Part shown: piece by piece, positions 51,335 to 62,980 of the stretch
Position numbering within the stretch: position 1 is the first letter of the stretch
Layout of the letters: every line of letters starts with the position of its first letter
Assembly (NCBI GenBank): GCA_965202915.1
Contig: OZ241847.1
Coordinates: 1,601,288-1,665,287 of the forward strand
Origin: Gammaproteobacteria bacterium
Lineage (GTDB): Bacteria; Pseudomonadota; Gammaproteobacteria; Eutrophobiales; Eutrophobiaceae
Reading direction: 5' to 3'
Length of the DNA stretch: 64,000 bases
Translations under genes and position numbers: made by a program
Notes under the pieces: model-generated
What the model saw: the letters and a program-made list of their open reading frames with translations, nothing else
The model's database searches: none
Told to the model about the DNA's origin: nothing

Positions 51335-51385
51335 AGTATAGTATAAACGACGGAGGGCGGGTTTTCCAACCCGTCTTTATAATTA
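51335..51385. repeat. REP-like hairpin unit.
   Basis: 'cgacggagggcgggttttccaacccgtc' belongs to the same family as the units at 48915-49215. Confidence 0.6.
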
Positions 51386-51402
51386 AACAAAATATTTTTA
51401 TT

Positions 51403-52701
51403 ATCATGTCCACTCAGTTTGCCCAACCCGTTCCGCATTTGACCACGGCTCTTAAAGGGCCGTTTAATACGGTCGAAGCGCATATACTCGATCATCAGCC
51501 GCAGATAGAATCCTGGTTCAGGGGGCAATGGCGGAAGACCCCGGTGCCTTTTTATGCGTCGGTGGATATACGCAACGCCGGCTTCAAAATGGCCCCGGTG
51601 GATACCAATCTGTTTCCCGCCGGCTTTAATAATTTAAATCCGGCCTTTGAATATCTGTGCGTACAGGCGATACAGTTTGCGTTTGAACAGGTGCCGGAGG
51701 CGGTCGACCGGGTGCTGATCATTCCCGAAGATCATTCCCGCAATCAATTCTATCTGGAAAACCTGGCAATATTGAAATTAATGATCGAAAAGGCCGGCTT
51801 TGCCACCAGAATAGGCTCCATCGATCCGGACCTGCAAGAACCGGTGATACTTGAGACCGCATCCGGGCGCACGGTTCATATCGAACCGCTTTCCAGGAAC
51901 GGCGACCGGGTGAGTGTCGCCGATTTCAGCCCGGATTTGATCCTGCTGAATAACGATCTATCGGCGGGCGGCCCGCAAATTCTGCGGGGACTGCGTCAGC
52001 CGGTTACGCCGGCACTCGAATTAGGCTGGGCTACGCGGCTTAAATCCGAGCATTTTACCCATTATCAGCGCATAGTCCGGGACTTTGCCGCCCGAATAAA
52101 CATCGACCCGTGGCTGCTTGAACCGATGTTCCGTAATTGCGGCGAGGTCAATTTCATGCAGCGCGAGGGCATCGATTGTTTATCCAAAAACATCGAGGCC
52201 CTGCTCGCCGAGATAAACCGGAAATATCAGCAGTACCAGGTTAATTGTAAGCCGTTTGTGATCGTAAAGGCCGATGCCGGCACCTACGGCATGGGCGTGA
52301 TGACCATCCATGATGCGGATGAAATCGGCGTGCTCAACCGCAAACAAAGAACCCGCATGTCAAAAACCAAGGCCGGGCATGAGGTAACCAAGGTGATCAT
52401 TCAGGAGGGCGTATATACCGATGAAACCTGGGGCGAGGAAGACACCGTCGCCGAGCCGGTGGTATATATGATCGATCATCACGTCGTCGGCGGGTTTTAT
52501 CGGGTGCATTCAAAACGCGCCAGCAATGAGAATCTGAATGCGCCGGGCATGCGTTTTGAACGCCTTGCCTTTGAAAACTGCTGCATATCGCCGCCCCACG
52601 ATCAAACCCAAGACCACCACACCAACCGCTTTTACACCTACGGCGTTATTGCCCGACTCGCCCTGCTGGCCGCCGCCCATGAGATGACCGCACTGGGCTG
52701 A
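51403..52701 (+). CDS. Putative glutamate--cysteine ligase of the proteobacterial/plant type (ATP-dependent carboxylate-amine ligase).
   Basis: The start at 'MSTQFAQPVPHLTTALKGP' and the overall length recall proteobacterial/plant-type glutamate--cysteine ligase. 'KPFVIVKADAGTYGMGVM' is an ATP-grasp-like segment. The assignment rests on memory of the family, not on a computed match. Confidence 0.45.
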   Translation: MMSTQFAQPVPHLTTALKGPFNTVEAHILDHQPQIESWFRGQWRKTPVPFYASVDIRNAGFKMAPVDTNLFPAGFNNLNPAFEYLCVQAIQFAFEQVPEAVDRVLIIPEDHSRNQFYLENLAILKLMIEKAGFATRIGSIDPDLQEPVILETASGRTVHIEPLSRNGDRVSVADFSPDLILLNNDLSAGGPQILRGLRQPVTPALELGWATRLKSEHFTHYQRIVRDFAARINIDPWLLEPMFRNCGEVNFMQREGIDCLSKNIEALLAEINRKYQQYQVNCKPFVIVKADAGTYGMGVMTIHDADEIGVLNRKQRTRMSKTKAGHEVTKVIIQEGVYTDETWGEEDTVAEPVVYMIDHHVVGGFYRVHSKRASNENLNAPGMRFERLAFENCCISPPHDQTQDHHTNRFYTYGVIARLALLAAAHEMTALG

Positions 52702-52702
52702 G

Positions 52703-53443
52703 CTACCGGCTCATGGTTTTCAGGCGTTGCCTGAGCTCGGCCAGGTGGCGGCGACTCACCCGTATGCGGGCGGCCATCCCGTGCAGGCATATTTCATACC
52801 CCCCGCCGGCGGATAGTCGCAGTTGATGGATGCGTCTTACCGCAACCAGGGCGTTTCTATGGACGCGGATAAAGACCCCGGGAAATTCATTTTCCAGCGA
52901 TTTTAATGATTCATCGATCAGCAGTTCCCCCGCCGGAAATACCACCGAGACGTATTTTTGCTCGGCCTTTAAGTAATAAATATCGCCGATGGGTATTAAC
53001 TGCATGCGCCCCTGGGAAAACGCACTCAGATGAGTTCGTTTGCCGTCGTCATTCAGCGACCTTTTAAGCCCGGCTATGCGGGCACGGCTGAGCAATGCGG
53101 CTTTACCGAGGGCGGTTTGCAGGCGCTCCCTGCGTATCGGTTTCAACAAATAATCGATTGCGTTCAACTGGAACGCCGACAGCGCGTGCTCCTGATAGGC
53201 GGTGGTAAAAATAATCGCGGGCGGAGTTTCCAGTTTGGCAATATGTTGAGCCGCCTCCAGGCCGGTCATCACCGGCATTCTTATATCCAACAGCACCACG
53301 TCGGGGGGGGTGTTTTGAATCCACTCCAGCGCGCGCAGGCCATTCTCGGCCTGGCCGATGCCGGCGTCGGGCCGCAATTCAGCAATCATCGCCTGCAGTC
53401 GTTCGCGTGCCAACACCTCGTCGTCAACGATTAAAATCTTCAT
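52703..53443 (-). CDS. algR: LytTR-family two-component response regulator (AlgR-like).
   Basis: Receiver domain 'MKILIVDDE' with 'LLDIRMP', plus a C-terminal LytTR DNA-binding domain. The start is at the internal Met. The longer ORF runs into the histidine kinase gene. Confidence 0.8.
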   Translation of the reverse strand: MKILIVDDEVLARERLQAMIAELRPDAGIGQAENGLRALEWIQNTPPDVVLLDIRMPVMTGLEAAQHIAKLETPPAIIFTTAYQEHALSAFQLNAIDYLLKPIRRERLQTALGKAALLSRARIAGLKRSLNDDGKRTHLSAFSQGRMQLIPIGDIYYLKAEQKYVSVVFPAGELLIDESLKSLENEFPGVFIRVHRNALVAVRRIHQLRLSAGGGYEICLHGMAARIRVSRRHLAELRQRLKTMSR

Positions 53444-54494
53444 CGATCCGGTAAGGAAAGCACAGGGTGACAGAATACCGATCCTGATCGATCTCGGTGA
53501 TGAGTTTGCCGTCGTCGCCATATACCGCCTGCAGCCGCTGTCGGATATTCTCCCGGGCAACCTGATGACCGGCCACCGCATCGTGGGCATAATCACTGGC
53601 CAGGGGGTTGGAAATCTGAATGCGTACAGACTTTTTGTTGCGCTCGCCGCGGATACGGATGGTGCCGCCGGATTCAATCAACTCTATGCCGTGATGAATC
53701 GCATTCTCCAGTAACGGCTGTATGGTGAGCGGAGGCAGCAGGGCCTCATCGACAAGCGGATCGATACGCCAGTCTATATTCAGCCTGTCGGCCAGACGAT
53801 AGCCCTCCATATTCAGATACTGGCGGCATAAATGCAATTCATCCTTTAACAGCGATAAACGCGCGGGATCGGTCAGGCAGGCTCGAAACAGATCGGCGAG
53901 GTCCTCTATCGCACGTTCGGCGGCCTCAGGCCGTTGACGCATAAGGCCGGCGATGGTATTCATGCAGTTAAATAAAAAATGCGGTCTGATTCGGGCCTGC
54001 AACGCCTGAAAACGCGAATGGGCGGCGGTTTCTATATTGCGCCGCCATTGATGCTGGACGTAGAGATAGCGTAGTATAATGGTGGCAATGATGGCGGTAA
54101 TGCCCAGGGACTGCACCAGCAGGCGCGCATGCGCCGGCGAAATATAGTCGATATTCAGCGGCAACACGTAGATAAACAGCCAGGCGAGTTCGGTGATAAT
54201 AAATGCCACCAGCAAGATCAGACAATAGGCAATGATCAGGGTATGTTTATCGCTCAGGCGCCACATGACTCGTTTCAGCAGGCACAAAAGCCCGGCACTG
54301 GTCAGCGCAATCCACTGTATGAACAACGACTTCAAGGCCAGACTGAAGATCAAATCCTGGTATGACGTCATTTGCCCCAGAGTCAGCATGATAGCCAGTA
54401 ACTCCGCTATCAACACCACCAGAAACAGGGTGCGGATATTGCAGAAATCCGGCAGCAAACCGCCGGTCGAGGGAGTCATTGATTGTGATGCCAT
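53424..54494 (-). CDS. algZ: Sensor histidine kinase of the LytS/AlgZ/FimS type (no canonical HATPase G-box).
   Basis: N-terminal multi-TM region and a His-kinase internal region ('HFLFNCMNTI'). It overlaps algR by about 20 nt. argH is divergently adjacent, as in Pseudomonas. Confidence 0.75.
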   Translation of the reverse strand: MASQSMTPSTGGLLPDFCNIRTLFLVVLIAELLAIMLTLGQMTSYQDLIFSLALKSLFIQWIALTSAGLLCLLKRVMWRLSDKHTLIIAYCLILLVAFIITELAWLFIYVLPLNIDYISPAHARLLVQSLGITAIIATIILRYLYVQHQWRRNIETAAHSRFQALQARIRPHFLFNCMNTIAGLMRQRPEAAERAIEDLADLFRACLTDPARLSLLKDELHLCRQYLNMEGYRLADRLNIDWRIDPLVDEALLPPLTIQPLLENAIHHGIELIESGGTIRIRGERNKKSVRIQISNPLASDYAHDAVAGHQVARENIRQRLQAVYGDDGKLITEIDQDRYSVTLCFPYRIDEDFNR

Positions 54495-54573
54495 ATGCTA
54501 ATTTAACCCAGGTTGCCGCAATACATGCGTTATACTGTCGGTGATTATGAATTGAATATAAAGTGATTGCACC

Positions 54574-55995
54574 ATGAGTTTTAACAATGCCAAACCCTGG
54601 GGCGGGCGATTTACCGCAAACACCGATGAATTTGTCGAGATTTTCACCGAATCGGTGTCCTGCGATCAACGTCTTTACCCCTACGATATCATCGGCTCCG
54701 TCGCGCATGTAAAGATGCTGGCGAAAGTCGGAGTGCTGACGCAGCCGGAGAGTGATCAGATCACCGCCGCGCTCCATGCCATCAAGGCCGACATGGACGC
54801 CGGCAGATTTAACTGGTCGGTCGCGCTGGAAGACGTGCATATGAATATCGAAACCGAGCTCATCAACCGTATCGGCGAGACCGGTAAAAAGCTACACACC
54901 GGCCGCTCCCGCAACGATCAGGTGGCCACCGATATGCGGCTGTATCTTATCGATGAAACCCAACAGATACAGGCACTGATTGCCGGAGTGCTGGGGGCGC
55001 TGGTCGATATCGCCGAAATTCACAGTGCCACCATCATGCCCGGTTTTACCCATATGCAGGTGGCGCAACCGGTTACCTTCGGCCATCATCTGCTGGCCTG
55101 GTGCGAGATGCTGTTGCGCGACCGTGAACGGCTGCGCGATTGTGGCCGGCGTTTGAACGTATCGCCGTTGGGCTCGGCGGCGCTGGCCGGCACCGGTTTT
55201 CCGATAGACCGCCGGCAGACCGCCGAAGAGCTCGGATTCTCCGACGTCATCCACAACTCCATGGATGGCGTCAGTGACCGCGATTTTGTGATTGAATTTA
55301 TTGCCGCCTGTAGCCTGATCATGATGCACTTGTCGCGCTGGTCGGAGGAGATCATATTATGGACCTCGCCGGCGTTTGAATTTATTGAACTCGGCGACGC
55401 CTGGTGTACCGGATCGTCGATCATGCCGCAAAAGAAAAATCCGGATATTCCCGAACTGGTGCGCGGCAAAACCGCCAGAGTATATGGCGCCTTAATGACC
55501 ATGCTGAGCCTGATGAAGGCCCAACCCCTGGCCTATAATCGTGATAATCAGGAAGATAAACGGGCCGTGTTTGACACCGTCGATACGGTAAAAATGTGTT
55601 TGACGGCCTATGCCGGCATGGTGCCCACCATCACCGTCAACAGCGCCGGAATGTACGCCATGGCCGCCGACGGCTACAGTACCGCCACCGATCTGGCCGA
55701 TTATCTGGCGGCCAAAGGCGTGCCCTTTCGCGAGGCGCATTCCATAGTCGGGGAGATCGTGGGCCATGCGATCCGCGAGAAAAACACCCTGGAGCAGCTT
55801 TCATTGCAGGAACTGCGCAGTTTTTCCGATAAAATAGAACAGGATATCTACGCCTGTCTCAGCCTCGAAGGTTCGGTGCGGCACAGAAACCACGTCGGCG
55901 GCACCGCACCCCGGCAGGTTGCGATGGCGGTGACCCGAATCAGACAACAACTGCATGCAACAAAGGAGAGCCGTACCGATGAACACCGCGATTAA
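54574..55995 (+). CDS. argH: Argininosuccinate lyase.
   Basis: Fumarate-lyase signature '[12 protein letters not shown]'. Confidence 0.95.
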   Translation: MSFNNAKPWGGRFTANTDEFVEIFTESVSCDQRLYPYDIIGSVAHVKMLAKVGVLTQPESDQITAALHAIKADMDAGRFNWSVALEDVHMNIETELINRIGETGKKLHTGRSRNDQVATDMRLYLIDETQQIQALIAGVLGALVDIAEIHSATIMPGFTHMQVAQPVTFGHHLLAWCEMLLRDRERLRDCGRRLNVSPLGSAALAGTGFPIDRRQTAEELGFSDVIHNSMDGVSDRDFVIEFIAACSLIMMHLSRWSEEIILWTSPAFEFIELGDAWCTGSSIMPQKKNPDIPELVRGKTARVYGALMTMLSLMKAQPLAYNRDNQEDKRAVFDTVDTVKMCLTAYAGMVPTITVNSAGMYAMAADGYSTATDLADYLAAKGVPFREAHSIVGEIVGHAIREKNTLEQLSLQELRSFSDKIEQDIYACLSLEGSVRHRNHVGGTAPRQVAMAVTRIRQQLHATKESRTDEHRD

Positions 55996-58900
55996 AGTAT
56001 TGATTGCATTGATGGTTATCGTGGCGGTGGTGATCGGCACGCTGATCATTATCACCGCCCGCCTGGATTTGAATGATTACCGGGACGAGATCACCGATTT
56101 TCTGCAAAAATCAACCGGCCGCAGCGTTGTGCTGGCAGGCGAACTTTCCCACACCCTCTACCCCTGGCTGAGCCTGGAGACCGGCGGCATCATCGTCGGC
56201 AATCCCTCCGGCTTTGATGACGGCGCCTTTCTCAGCCTGGAGGGCTTGAAGATCCGGGTCAAGACCCTACCGCTGTTGCGTAATGTATTGAAGATCGATA
56301 CCCTGAAAATACAGGGTATGCGCCTGCATCTGGTCAAAAACGGGGATGGGCGCGGTAATTGGGATGATTTGATGGAACCGACCGTAACCCCGCGGGAAAA
56401 GGCGGCGGCACCGCTGGCGGCACTGTTACTCGGAGGCATCGATATACGGGACGCCGCATTGACCTGGACCGATCATCACGAAAACAGGACCGCCACCATC
56501 ACCGACGCCGATCTGCAAACCGGTGAACTGGTCGTCGGACAGCCGGTTGAATTGCGCGCATCCATGCGGCTGGCGGCCGACCGCCCCGATATCAAAGCGG
56601 CGATCAATCTGAACGGTACGATAGTGTATCAACAACGCGGCGATCAACTCACCATCCGCCCGTTGGCGATGGAAGCCGACCTGGAGGGTAAAAATATTCC
56701 CACGGGACAAAACCGGCTGATCTTGACCACCGCGATGGAACTGAATCGGGATGCAGGCACCGCCGAACTGTCCGATATTAATATCAAGCTGCTGGCAAGC
56801 ACCGCAACCGGCGGCCTGCGTATCGAACAACTGGACACCCCCTCACCCTCATTTGCGGCGACGCTGGCCGTCCGGGGCGAAGATATATCGGCCCTGTTCA
56901 AGGCGGCGGAAGTGGAACCGCTGGCGAGTCAATTAAGCGGATTATCCGATAGAAGTTTTGATATTAAAACCGCTATCGACGCCGACGCCGCCGGCGGGGA
57001 TATTAACATCAGCCTGTTCAATGCACACATATTGGGCGCCAATATTCAGGCGGAGGCGCACGCCCGCAACCGTTTTTCCGGCACGCCGGCGGTGCGGGCG
57101 CGGATTGACGCACAGGGTCCCGATCTGCCGGCCCTGTTCGGGATCGCCGGTGCATTGGATGCAAGGCTGGCGAGGGTCGCGCAACAACTGCGGGCGGTTA
57201 AGGATAAATCGTTTCATATTAAAACCGACTTTGACGCCGATCTGAAAAGCGGGCGGATAGACCTGACCACTCTGGATATAAACGCCGCGGATTTAATCCT
57301 GAGCGGAGACCTGCAAACGCAACGGCTGCGATCACTAACGCCGGCGTTAAAAGGCCGCATCGATGCTCAGGGCAGCGATCTGCCGACCCTGATGGCGGCT
57401 ATCGGCGTGTTTTTGGAACCGGACAATGCGCTTTCCGTCCATGCCGGCAAATTGGCCGCACTCCGACAAAAATCGTTCATGCTGGCAAGCCGGTTTGACG
57501 CCGATCTGCAAACCGGCACGCTCAGTCTGCCGACCCTGGAGGCCCGGGCATTGGGGTTTGAACTCGCCGCTGAATTGGCCGGTGATAATATCCATCGGCC
57601 CAAGGGCGTCTTAAAGGGCGACTTAAACGGCGGCTTAAACGGCAAACTGCGGCTGAGCCATCCCAACCCGGCGCCGATTTTAAGCGCACTCGATCAGGCC
57701 GGCCTGGCGCAAACCCTGCAATCGTTTGTCGTCAATACCGATATATCCGGCAATCCGGCACGGCTTAGCCTGCAACCCCTGACGTTAAAGGCCGTGCTTG
57801 CCGGCGACCGGATCGCCGATGGCCGGGCTGAACTGACCGTCAACGCCGACACCCTGTTGGATCTCAGGACACAGGACCTGAATATCAACCGGTTTTCAAT
57901 CTCAGGTCTGGGCCTGGATATCCACGGCCGGCTCAGCGCCCAGCAATATCTCAGCGATCCGGTATTTGGCGGCGAATTATCGGTGGCGCCGTTTAATCTA
58001 AAAACACTGATGCGGCGATTGAACCAGACACCGCCGGAGACCGCCGACAGCGGCGCCTTCAATACCGTGGCGATCACCGACACCGCCTTTACCGGCAGCC
58101 AAAAGGGTCTGGAGGTCTCCCAATTCAAGGCCACGCTGGATGATTCCAATATACAGGGTTCCTTCAGCGCCAGAGTGCCTGAGCAGACCGAATACCAGTT
58201 TGGCATTGCGATAGACCGGATCGATGCCGACCGCTATCTGCCGCCGGCGGGTGCAGATTCCCCTCCCGTCACCCCGGAAACGGCCGCGGCCGCGGCCGCC
58301 GGCAAATTACCCCTGGAAACTCTGCGCGCCCTTAACCTCAAGGGGGATCTGGCTATCGGGGAATTGATGATCTCCGGCGCAACGCTGACTCAGGCACGCC
58401 TCAGCATGAACGCCAAAGACGGCCTCATCACCCTGGCGCCGGTCACGGCCATGCTCTATGACGGCAGTTACAGCGGCGGGATCACCCTCGACGCCAAAGG
58501 CGATGAACCACTCCTGAGCATGAAAACCGATTTCGCCAATATCAACCTCCAACCCCTGCTGACCGATCTCGCCGACGGTGCCAACCTGCACGGCACAGGC
58601 AATATTTCTCTGGCCGTAAATTCCAGAGGCGGTGACGTGCATACACTCAAGCGCCATTTGTCCGGGAATGGCCGTATCGATCTTCGCGCCGGAGTATTAA
58701 AAGGCATGGATATCCCCGGCGTCTTGCGGCAGATCGAAGTGCTGTATGAATCCAAACGCATAGGCAGGGTCGATAAAGGCGAACAAACACGGTTTGATTC
58801 ACTCACCGGCAGCCTGAATATCGAAAATGGCGTGGTGGCCAATGACGACTTATTGATGACCGCTCCGGGGTTCACCGTGAACGGCAAGGGCACCTTACTG

Positions 58901-59266
58901 GACCTGAATGACGCAAGCTGGAAATATAAATTCATCGTCAGCGTCGATGACGCTCAGGCAACCCTGGGTGAACAACGCTACAACCTGGGAGGCTACAGCC
59001 TGGGGATAAACTGTGGCGGCAGGCTGATAGAGAAAAAATGCACCCCGGACGTTAAAACCATCCTGCAGGCCCTGCTCAAGGGCAAGCTCAAGGATAAAGT
59101 CAAGGATAAAGTCAAGCACATCATCGGCGATAAACTGCCCATCAGGATACCGGGGCTGAGTACCGAGCCGGCACCTGAGCCGGCGGAATCGAACGCCCCA
59201 CCGCAGACCCGGCCTGAGGATGCGGCCGAGAAGGCGGTCAAGAAACTGCTGGATAAGATATTCTGA
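55979..59266 (+). CDS. AsmA-family outer-membrane assembly protein (large, periplasm-spanning).
   Basis: N-terminal anchor '[20 protein letters not shown]' and a long repetitive beta-rich body. Length about 1100 aa. Confidence 0.8.
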   Translation: MNTAIKVLIALMVIVAVVIGTLIIITARLDLNDYRDEITDFLQKSTGRSVVLAGELSHTLYPWLSLETGGIIVGNPSGFDDGAFLSLEGLKIRVKTLPLLRNVLKIDTLKIQGMRLHLVKNGDGRGNWDDLMEPTVTPREKAAAPLAALLLGGIDIRDAALTWTDHHENRTATITDADLQTGELVVGQPVELRASMRLAADRPDIKAAINLNGTIVYQQRGDQLTIRPLAMEADLEGKNIPTGQNRLILTTAMELNRDAGTAELSDINIKLLASTATGGLRIEQLDTPSPSFAATLAVRGEDISALFKAAEVEPLASQLSGLSDRSFDIKTAIDADAAGGDINISLFNAHILGANIQAEAHARNRFSGTPAVRARIDAQGPDLPALFGIAGALDARLARVAQQLRAVKDKSFHIKTDFDADLKSGRIDLTTLDINAADLILSGDLQTQRLRSLTPALKGRIDAQGSDLPTLMAAIGVFLEPDNALSVHAGKLAALRQKSFMLASRFDADLQTGTLSLPTLEARALGFELAAELAGDNIHRPKGVLKGDLNGGLNGKLRLSHPNPAPILSALDQAGLAQTLQSFVVNTDISGNPARLSLQPLTLKAVLAGDRIADGRAELTVNADTLLDLRTQDLNINRFSISGLGLDIHGRLSAQQYLSDPVFGGELSVAPFNLKTLMRRLNQTPPETADSGAFNTVAITDTAFTGSQKGLEVSQFKATLDDSNIQGSFSARVPEQTEYQFGIAIDRIDADRYLPPAGADSPPVTPETAAAAAAGKLPLETLRALNLKGDLAIGELMISGATLTQARLSMNAKDGLITLAPVTAMLYDGSYSGGITLDAKGDEPLLSMKTDFANINLQPLLTDLADGANLHGTGNISLAVNSRGGDVHTLKRHLSGNGRIDLRAGVLKGMDIPGVLRQIEVLYESKRIGRVDKGEQTRFDSLTGSLNIENGVVANDDLLMTAPGFTVNGKGTLLDLNDASWKYKFIVSVDDAQATLGEQRYNLGGYSLGINCGGRLIEKKCTPDVKTILQALLKGKLKDKVKDKVKHIIGDKLPIRIPGLSTEPAPEPAESNAPPQTRPEDAAEKAVKKLLDKIF

Positions 59267-60390
59267 TGCCGGCCGGGGGGGATGATTTGGCCCCGGACGG
59301 GCATGGTTTTGCCGACCATGGTTTTGCAGATTTACTACGGGCGTGGTATCGGCGCCATGGCCGGCATGATCTGCCCTGGCAGCGAAACCGCGATCCCTAT
59401 TGCATCTGGATTTCTGAGATCATGCTGCAACAAACACGGGTGCACACCGTGATCCCGTATTTCTCCCGGTTCATCCACAGATTCCCAAACCCGGCGTCAT
59501 TGGCCGCGGCCGGGCTGGATGAAGTGCTGCACCTTTGGAGCGGTTTGGGATACTACGCTCGCGCCCGTGCGCTGCATCGCTGTGCGCGCATGATCTGCAA
59601 TGATCATGCCGGCGAGTTCCCCACCGATATTGATGTATTGCTGAAATTACCCGGAATAGGCCGCTCCACCGCCGGCGCGATATTGTCCCTGTCCCTGGGC
59701 CGGCGGCAGCCGATACTGGATGGCAACGTCAAACGGGTATTGACCCGTTACCGGGCGATCCGGGGCTGGCCGGGAACAAGGCAAATCCAAACCCGGCTCT
59801 GGGCGCTGGCGGAGCAGTTGACCCCGGAAGATCACGTTGCCGAATACAATCAGGCGATCATGGATCTGGGGGCGACGGTCTGCGTGCGCCGCTCCCCCGA
59901 CTGCACCGGCTGTCCATTGACCAACACCTGCCGGGCAAACCGCCTGGGGGTGCAGCATGATCTGCCGTCTCCGAAACCGAAACCAAACCGGCCGCTGAAA
60001 ACGACCCGATTTATAATGCTGGAAAATCACCGGGGCGAAGTATTCCTGCAGCAAAGACCGCCGACCGGGGTCTGGGGCGGCCTCTGGAGTTTCCCCGAAT
60101 GCGCCGCCGAAACCGACCTGCAACAATGGATCTATGATACACTCGGCTATAAGGTGTTGGGATGTACCGAAAAGCGAACGATCAGGCATACTTTCAGTCA
60201 TTTTCACCTGGATATCACGCCGGTTCATGTACGGGTTAAACCCTTGCCGGCAATGCCCCCTGGAATGCCCCCCGGAATACTCAGGGAAACCGCACCGCAT
60301 TACTGGTATTCTGCTAAGGAGCCACCGCGCCTGGGCCTGCCGGCGCCGGTAAAGCGACTTCTTAAATTATCCTTTGGAGACATGAAATGA
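59266..60390 (+). CDS. mutY: A/G-specific adenine DNA glycosylase.
   Basis: '[28 protein letters not shown]' HhH-GPD N-terminus, 4Fe-4S Cys cluster '[14 protein letters not shown]', and a NUDIX-like C-terminus. Confidence 0.9.
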   Translation: MPAGGDDLAPDGHGFADHGFADLLRAWYRRHGRHDLPWQRNRDPYCIWISEIMLQQTRVHTVIPYFSRFIHRFPNPASLAAAGLDEVLHLWSGLGYYARARALHRCARMICNDHAGEFPTDIDVLLKLPGIGRSTAGAILSLSLGRRQPILDGNVKRVLTRYRAIRGWPGTRQIQTRLWALAEQLTPEDHVAEYNQAIMDLGATVCVRRSPDCTGCPLTNTCRANRLGVQHDLPSPKPKPNRPLKTTRFIMLENHRGEVFLQQRPPTGVWGGLWSFPECAAETDLQQWIYDTLGYKVLGCTEKRTIRHTFSHFHLDITPVHVRVKPLPAMPPGMPPGILRETAPHYWYSAKEPPRLGLPAPVKRLLKLSFGDMK

Positions 60391-60656
60391 GCCGTATGGT
60401 TGAATGCGTAAAACTGCAAAAGCAAGCCGAGGGGCTAAAGACCGCGCCCTATCCCGGTGATCTGGGGCGGCGTATTTTTGAGCGGGTATCACAGCAGGCA
60501 TGGCAAATGTGGTTATCCCATCAGACCATGCTGATCAATGAATATCGCCTGACCCCGATGGAACCCAAAGCGAGGCAGTTTCTGGAGCAGGAGATGGAGA
60601 AATTCTTTTTTGGCGGGGGGTCTGAGCGGCCTGAGGAATATACGCCGCCGGTTTGA
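60387..60656 (+). CDS. yggX: Fe(2+)-trafficking / oxidative-damage protection protein YggX.
   Basis: '[51 protein letters not shown]' matches YggX. Confidence 0.9.
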   Translation: MSRMVECVKLQKQAEGLKTAPYPGDLGRRIFERVSQQAWQMWLSHQTMLINEYRLTPMEPKARQFLEQEMEKFFFGGGSERPEEYTPPV

Positions 60657-60682
60657 ATATAATAAAACAACGCACGACGCCT

Positions 60683-60712
60683 AACTCCCCCCCTGATAAG
60701 GGGGGGTTGGGG
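60683..60712 (+). terminator. Candidate GC hairpin ('ctcccccctgataaggggggg'), possibly a terminator after yggX or part of a REP element.
   Basis: 7-bp G/C stem with a 6-nt loop. It is followed by only a short T stretch. Confidence 0.3.
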
Positions 60713-60900
60713 GGGGTTCCAAACCCGTCTTTCTTTGCAGTCCGGAAATCCGGGTCGCTCAGAAAATTCGGCGTGCCGAGTGTGTGTTGTATCGGGGTCA
60801 GGAGACCCCGACTCCTATAAAAAAACAACACATTTAAATATAATTAAACAAAAGGAGGACGGGTTTTCAACCCGTCCTTAATAAAACATTAACCTGGAGG
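60700..60900. repeat. REP/BIME-like mosaic repeat block.
   Basis: Same units as at 48915-49215 ('gcagtccggaaatccgggtcgctcagaaaattcggcgtgccgagtgtgtgtt','ggtcaggagaccccgactcc','ggacgggttttcaacccgtcc'). Confidence 0.8.
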
Positions 60901-61012
60901 CCGCGGCGGCGCCGGCGACGGATACTCCAAAAAGAAAATTGACCAAGCGGGATCTGGAACGGCAAGCACGTCCGGGTGAGACCTGGGAGGATGTACGAGA
61001 GAGGTTAAAGTT

Positions 61013-61243
61013 ATGAGTATGATCAATGCGGAAGTGCGACGGGCTTTCATAGAGGCCGGCGTCAGTGAGGAAACTGCCGAGGCCGCGGCGAGCTCGGTCG
61101 GGGATATAAACCATCTGGTTACGAAGGCTGATTTGAAAGACTTTGAGATCAAATTAGTGAACTGGATGGTTGGGGCAATGATTGCACAAGCTGGCCTGGT
61201 CGTTGCTCTGATTTTAGGATTGCTACCGATGTTGTTGCGGTAG
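61013..61243 (+). CDS. Small DUF1640-like protein with a C-terminal membrane anchor.
   Basis: 'LVTKADLKDFEIKLVNWMVGAMIAQAGLVVALI' matches the C-terminal half of the two larger paralogs downstream. Confidence 0.5.
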   Translation: MSMINAEVRRAFIEAGVSEETAEAAASSVGDINHLVTKADLKDFEIKLVNWMVGAMIAQAGLVVALILGLLPMLLR

Positions 61244-61254
61244 ATTAATACCGT

Positions 61255-61515
61255 CTTGCACCGGTATAAATGCCGGCAATTTCTGGAGTCGGGGTCTCCT
61301 GACCCCGATACAACACACACTCGGCACGCCGGATTTTCTGAGCGACCCGGATTTCCGGACTGCATCGGGGCTTTTAAATATAATTAAACAAAAGGAGGAC
61401 GGGTTTTCAACCCGTAGGCGGGTTTGGAAACCCACCCTCCTGTTTAAAACCCACACTCGACACGCCGGATTCCCCGAGCAACCCGGATTTCCGAACTGCA
61501 TCGGGACTTTGCTCG
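61255..61515. repeat. REP/BIME-like mosaic repeat block, inverted relative to 60700-60900.
   Basis: Reverse complements of the 'gcagtccggaaatcc...' block and of the hairpin units. Confidence 0.8.
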
Positions 61516-61519
61516 AACT

Positions 61520-61850
61520 GGGCTGTGAGGGGGGATGAGTTGTGGGGTTGACGGTATTGTTGATTGTTTTACCCGCAACGGGAGTTACGGGCTCCTGTGA
61601 CGGCGGTGCTGCATCGGGATTTTGCTTGGACTGGGCTGTGGGGGGAGCTGAGTTGTGGGGTTGATGATGTTGTTGGTTTTTCTATACCCGCAACGGGAGT
61701 TACGGGCTCCTGTAACGGTGGTGCTGCACCGGGATTTTGCCTGGATTGGACTGTGAGGGGGCTGAGTTGGGGGGTTGACGGTATTGTTGATTGTTTTACC
61801 CGCGACGGGAGTCACGGGCTCCTGTAATGAGCAGTGCAGGCCCCTGCTGA
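61520..61850 (+). repeat. Tandem array of about 2.7 copies of a roughly 120-bp unit, upstream of a DUF1640 gene.
   Basis: Unit 'gggattttgcttggactgggctgtggggggagctgagttgtggggttgacggtattgttgattgttttacccgcaacgggagttacgggctcctgtgacggcggtgctgcatc', with variants. Confidence 0.8.
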
Positions 61851-61978
61851 ACAATTTTATTTGATAACCGCGTGACGTAGGTCTATACTGGCTATATGAG
61901 AGATATGAGCATACCGGTAACACCCTGTGGCAAGCGGAAGACCCCTGCCATACCGATAAAATTATCCGGTACCTGAAT

Positions 61979-62401
61979 ATGGAAGCCATCGCATTTGATA
62001 CGCATAAATTCGTCAAGCACCTGACTGAATCGGGTTTCACCGAAACGCAGGCGGAAGCCCTGGCCGGTGAGCAGGTCGATATGATTAACAGCAATCTGGC
62101 CACCAGGGCGGATATTGTCGAGGTGAAAGCGGACATCGAGAAACTACGCCTGGCCACCCAGTCAGACATAGCCGAGGTGAAAGCGGACATCGAGAAACTG
62201 CGCCTGGCCACCCAGGCGGACATAGAGAAACTGCGCGCGGACACCAAGGCCGACATTGCCGAGGTGAAGGCGGACATCGAGAAGCTGCGCCTCGCCACCC
62301 AGGCGGACATTGCTAATACCGAATCAAGACTGACGCGCTGGATCGTTGGTGCGATGATTGCACAGATCGGCGTGGTTGTCGGGTTGATTAAATTGAGTTG
62401 A
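61979..62401 (+). CDS. DUF1640-family protein, short variant (about 5 repeat units).
   Basis: N-terminus 'MEAIAFDTHKFVKHLTESGFTETQAEALA'. Repeats '(A/S)DIAEVKADIEKLRLATQ'. C-terminal anchor 'RWIVGAMIAQIGVVVGLIKLS'. Confidence 0.65.
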   Translation: MEAIAFDTHKFVKHLTESGFTETQAEALAGEQVDMINSNLATRADIVEVKADIEKLRLATQSDIAEVKADIEKLRLATQADIEKLRADTKADIAEVKADIEKLRLATQADIANTESRLTRWIVGAMIAQIGVVVGLIKLS

Positions 62402-62404
62402 CAG

Positions 62405-62640
62405 GAGTCGGGGTCTCCCGACCCCGATACAACCCACACCCGACACGCCGGATTCTCTGAGCGACCGGGATTTCCGGACTGCATCGGGGCTTTTAAATAT
62501 AAAAAAACAACACATTATTGGAGGACGGGTTTTCAACCCGTAGGCGGGTTTGGAAACCCACCCTCCTGTTTAAAACCCACACTCGGCACGCCGGATTCCC
62601 CGAGCAACCCGGATTTCCGAACTGCATCGGGACTTTGCTC
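62405..62640. repeat. REP/BIME-like mosaic repeat block.
   Basis: Near-identical to 61255-61515. Confidence 0.8.
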
Positions 62641-62644
62641 GAAC

Positions 62645-62980
62645 TGGGCTGTGAGGGGGGATGAGTTGTGGGGTTGACGGTATTGTTGATTGTTTTACCC
62701 GCAACGGGAGTTACGGGCTCCTGTGACGGCGGTGCTGCATCGGGATTTTGCTTGGACTGGGCTGTGGGGGGAGCTGAGTTGTGGGGTTGATGATGTTGTT
62801 GGTTTTTCTATACCCGCAACGGGAGTTACGGGCTCCTGTAACGGTGGTGCTGCACCGGGATTTTGCCTGGATTGGACTGTGAGGGGGCTGAGTTGGGGGG
62901 TTGACGGTATTGTTGATTGTTTTACCCGCGACGGGAGTCACGGGCTCCTGTAATGAGCAGTGCAGGCCCCTGCTGAACAA
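62645..62980 (+). repeat. Second copy of the 120-bp tandem array.
   Basis: Near-identical to 61520-61850. Confidence 0.8.

Noticed and set aside
54247-55767. Minus-strand ORFs of 91-197 aa inside argH
   Set aside because: They are antisense to argininosuccinate lyase and have GC-rich low-complexity translations.
61520-62980. 120-bp tandem repeat arrays considered as possible CRISPR arrays
   Set aside because: The units are directly adjacent, with no unique spacers. They are 120 bp long and duplicated identically at two sites. There are no cas genes.
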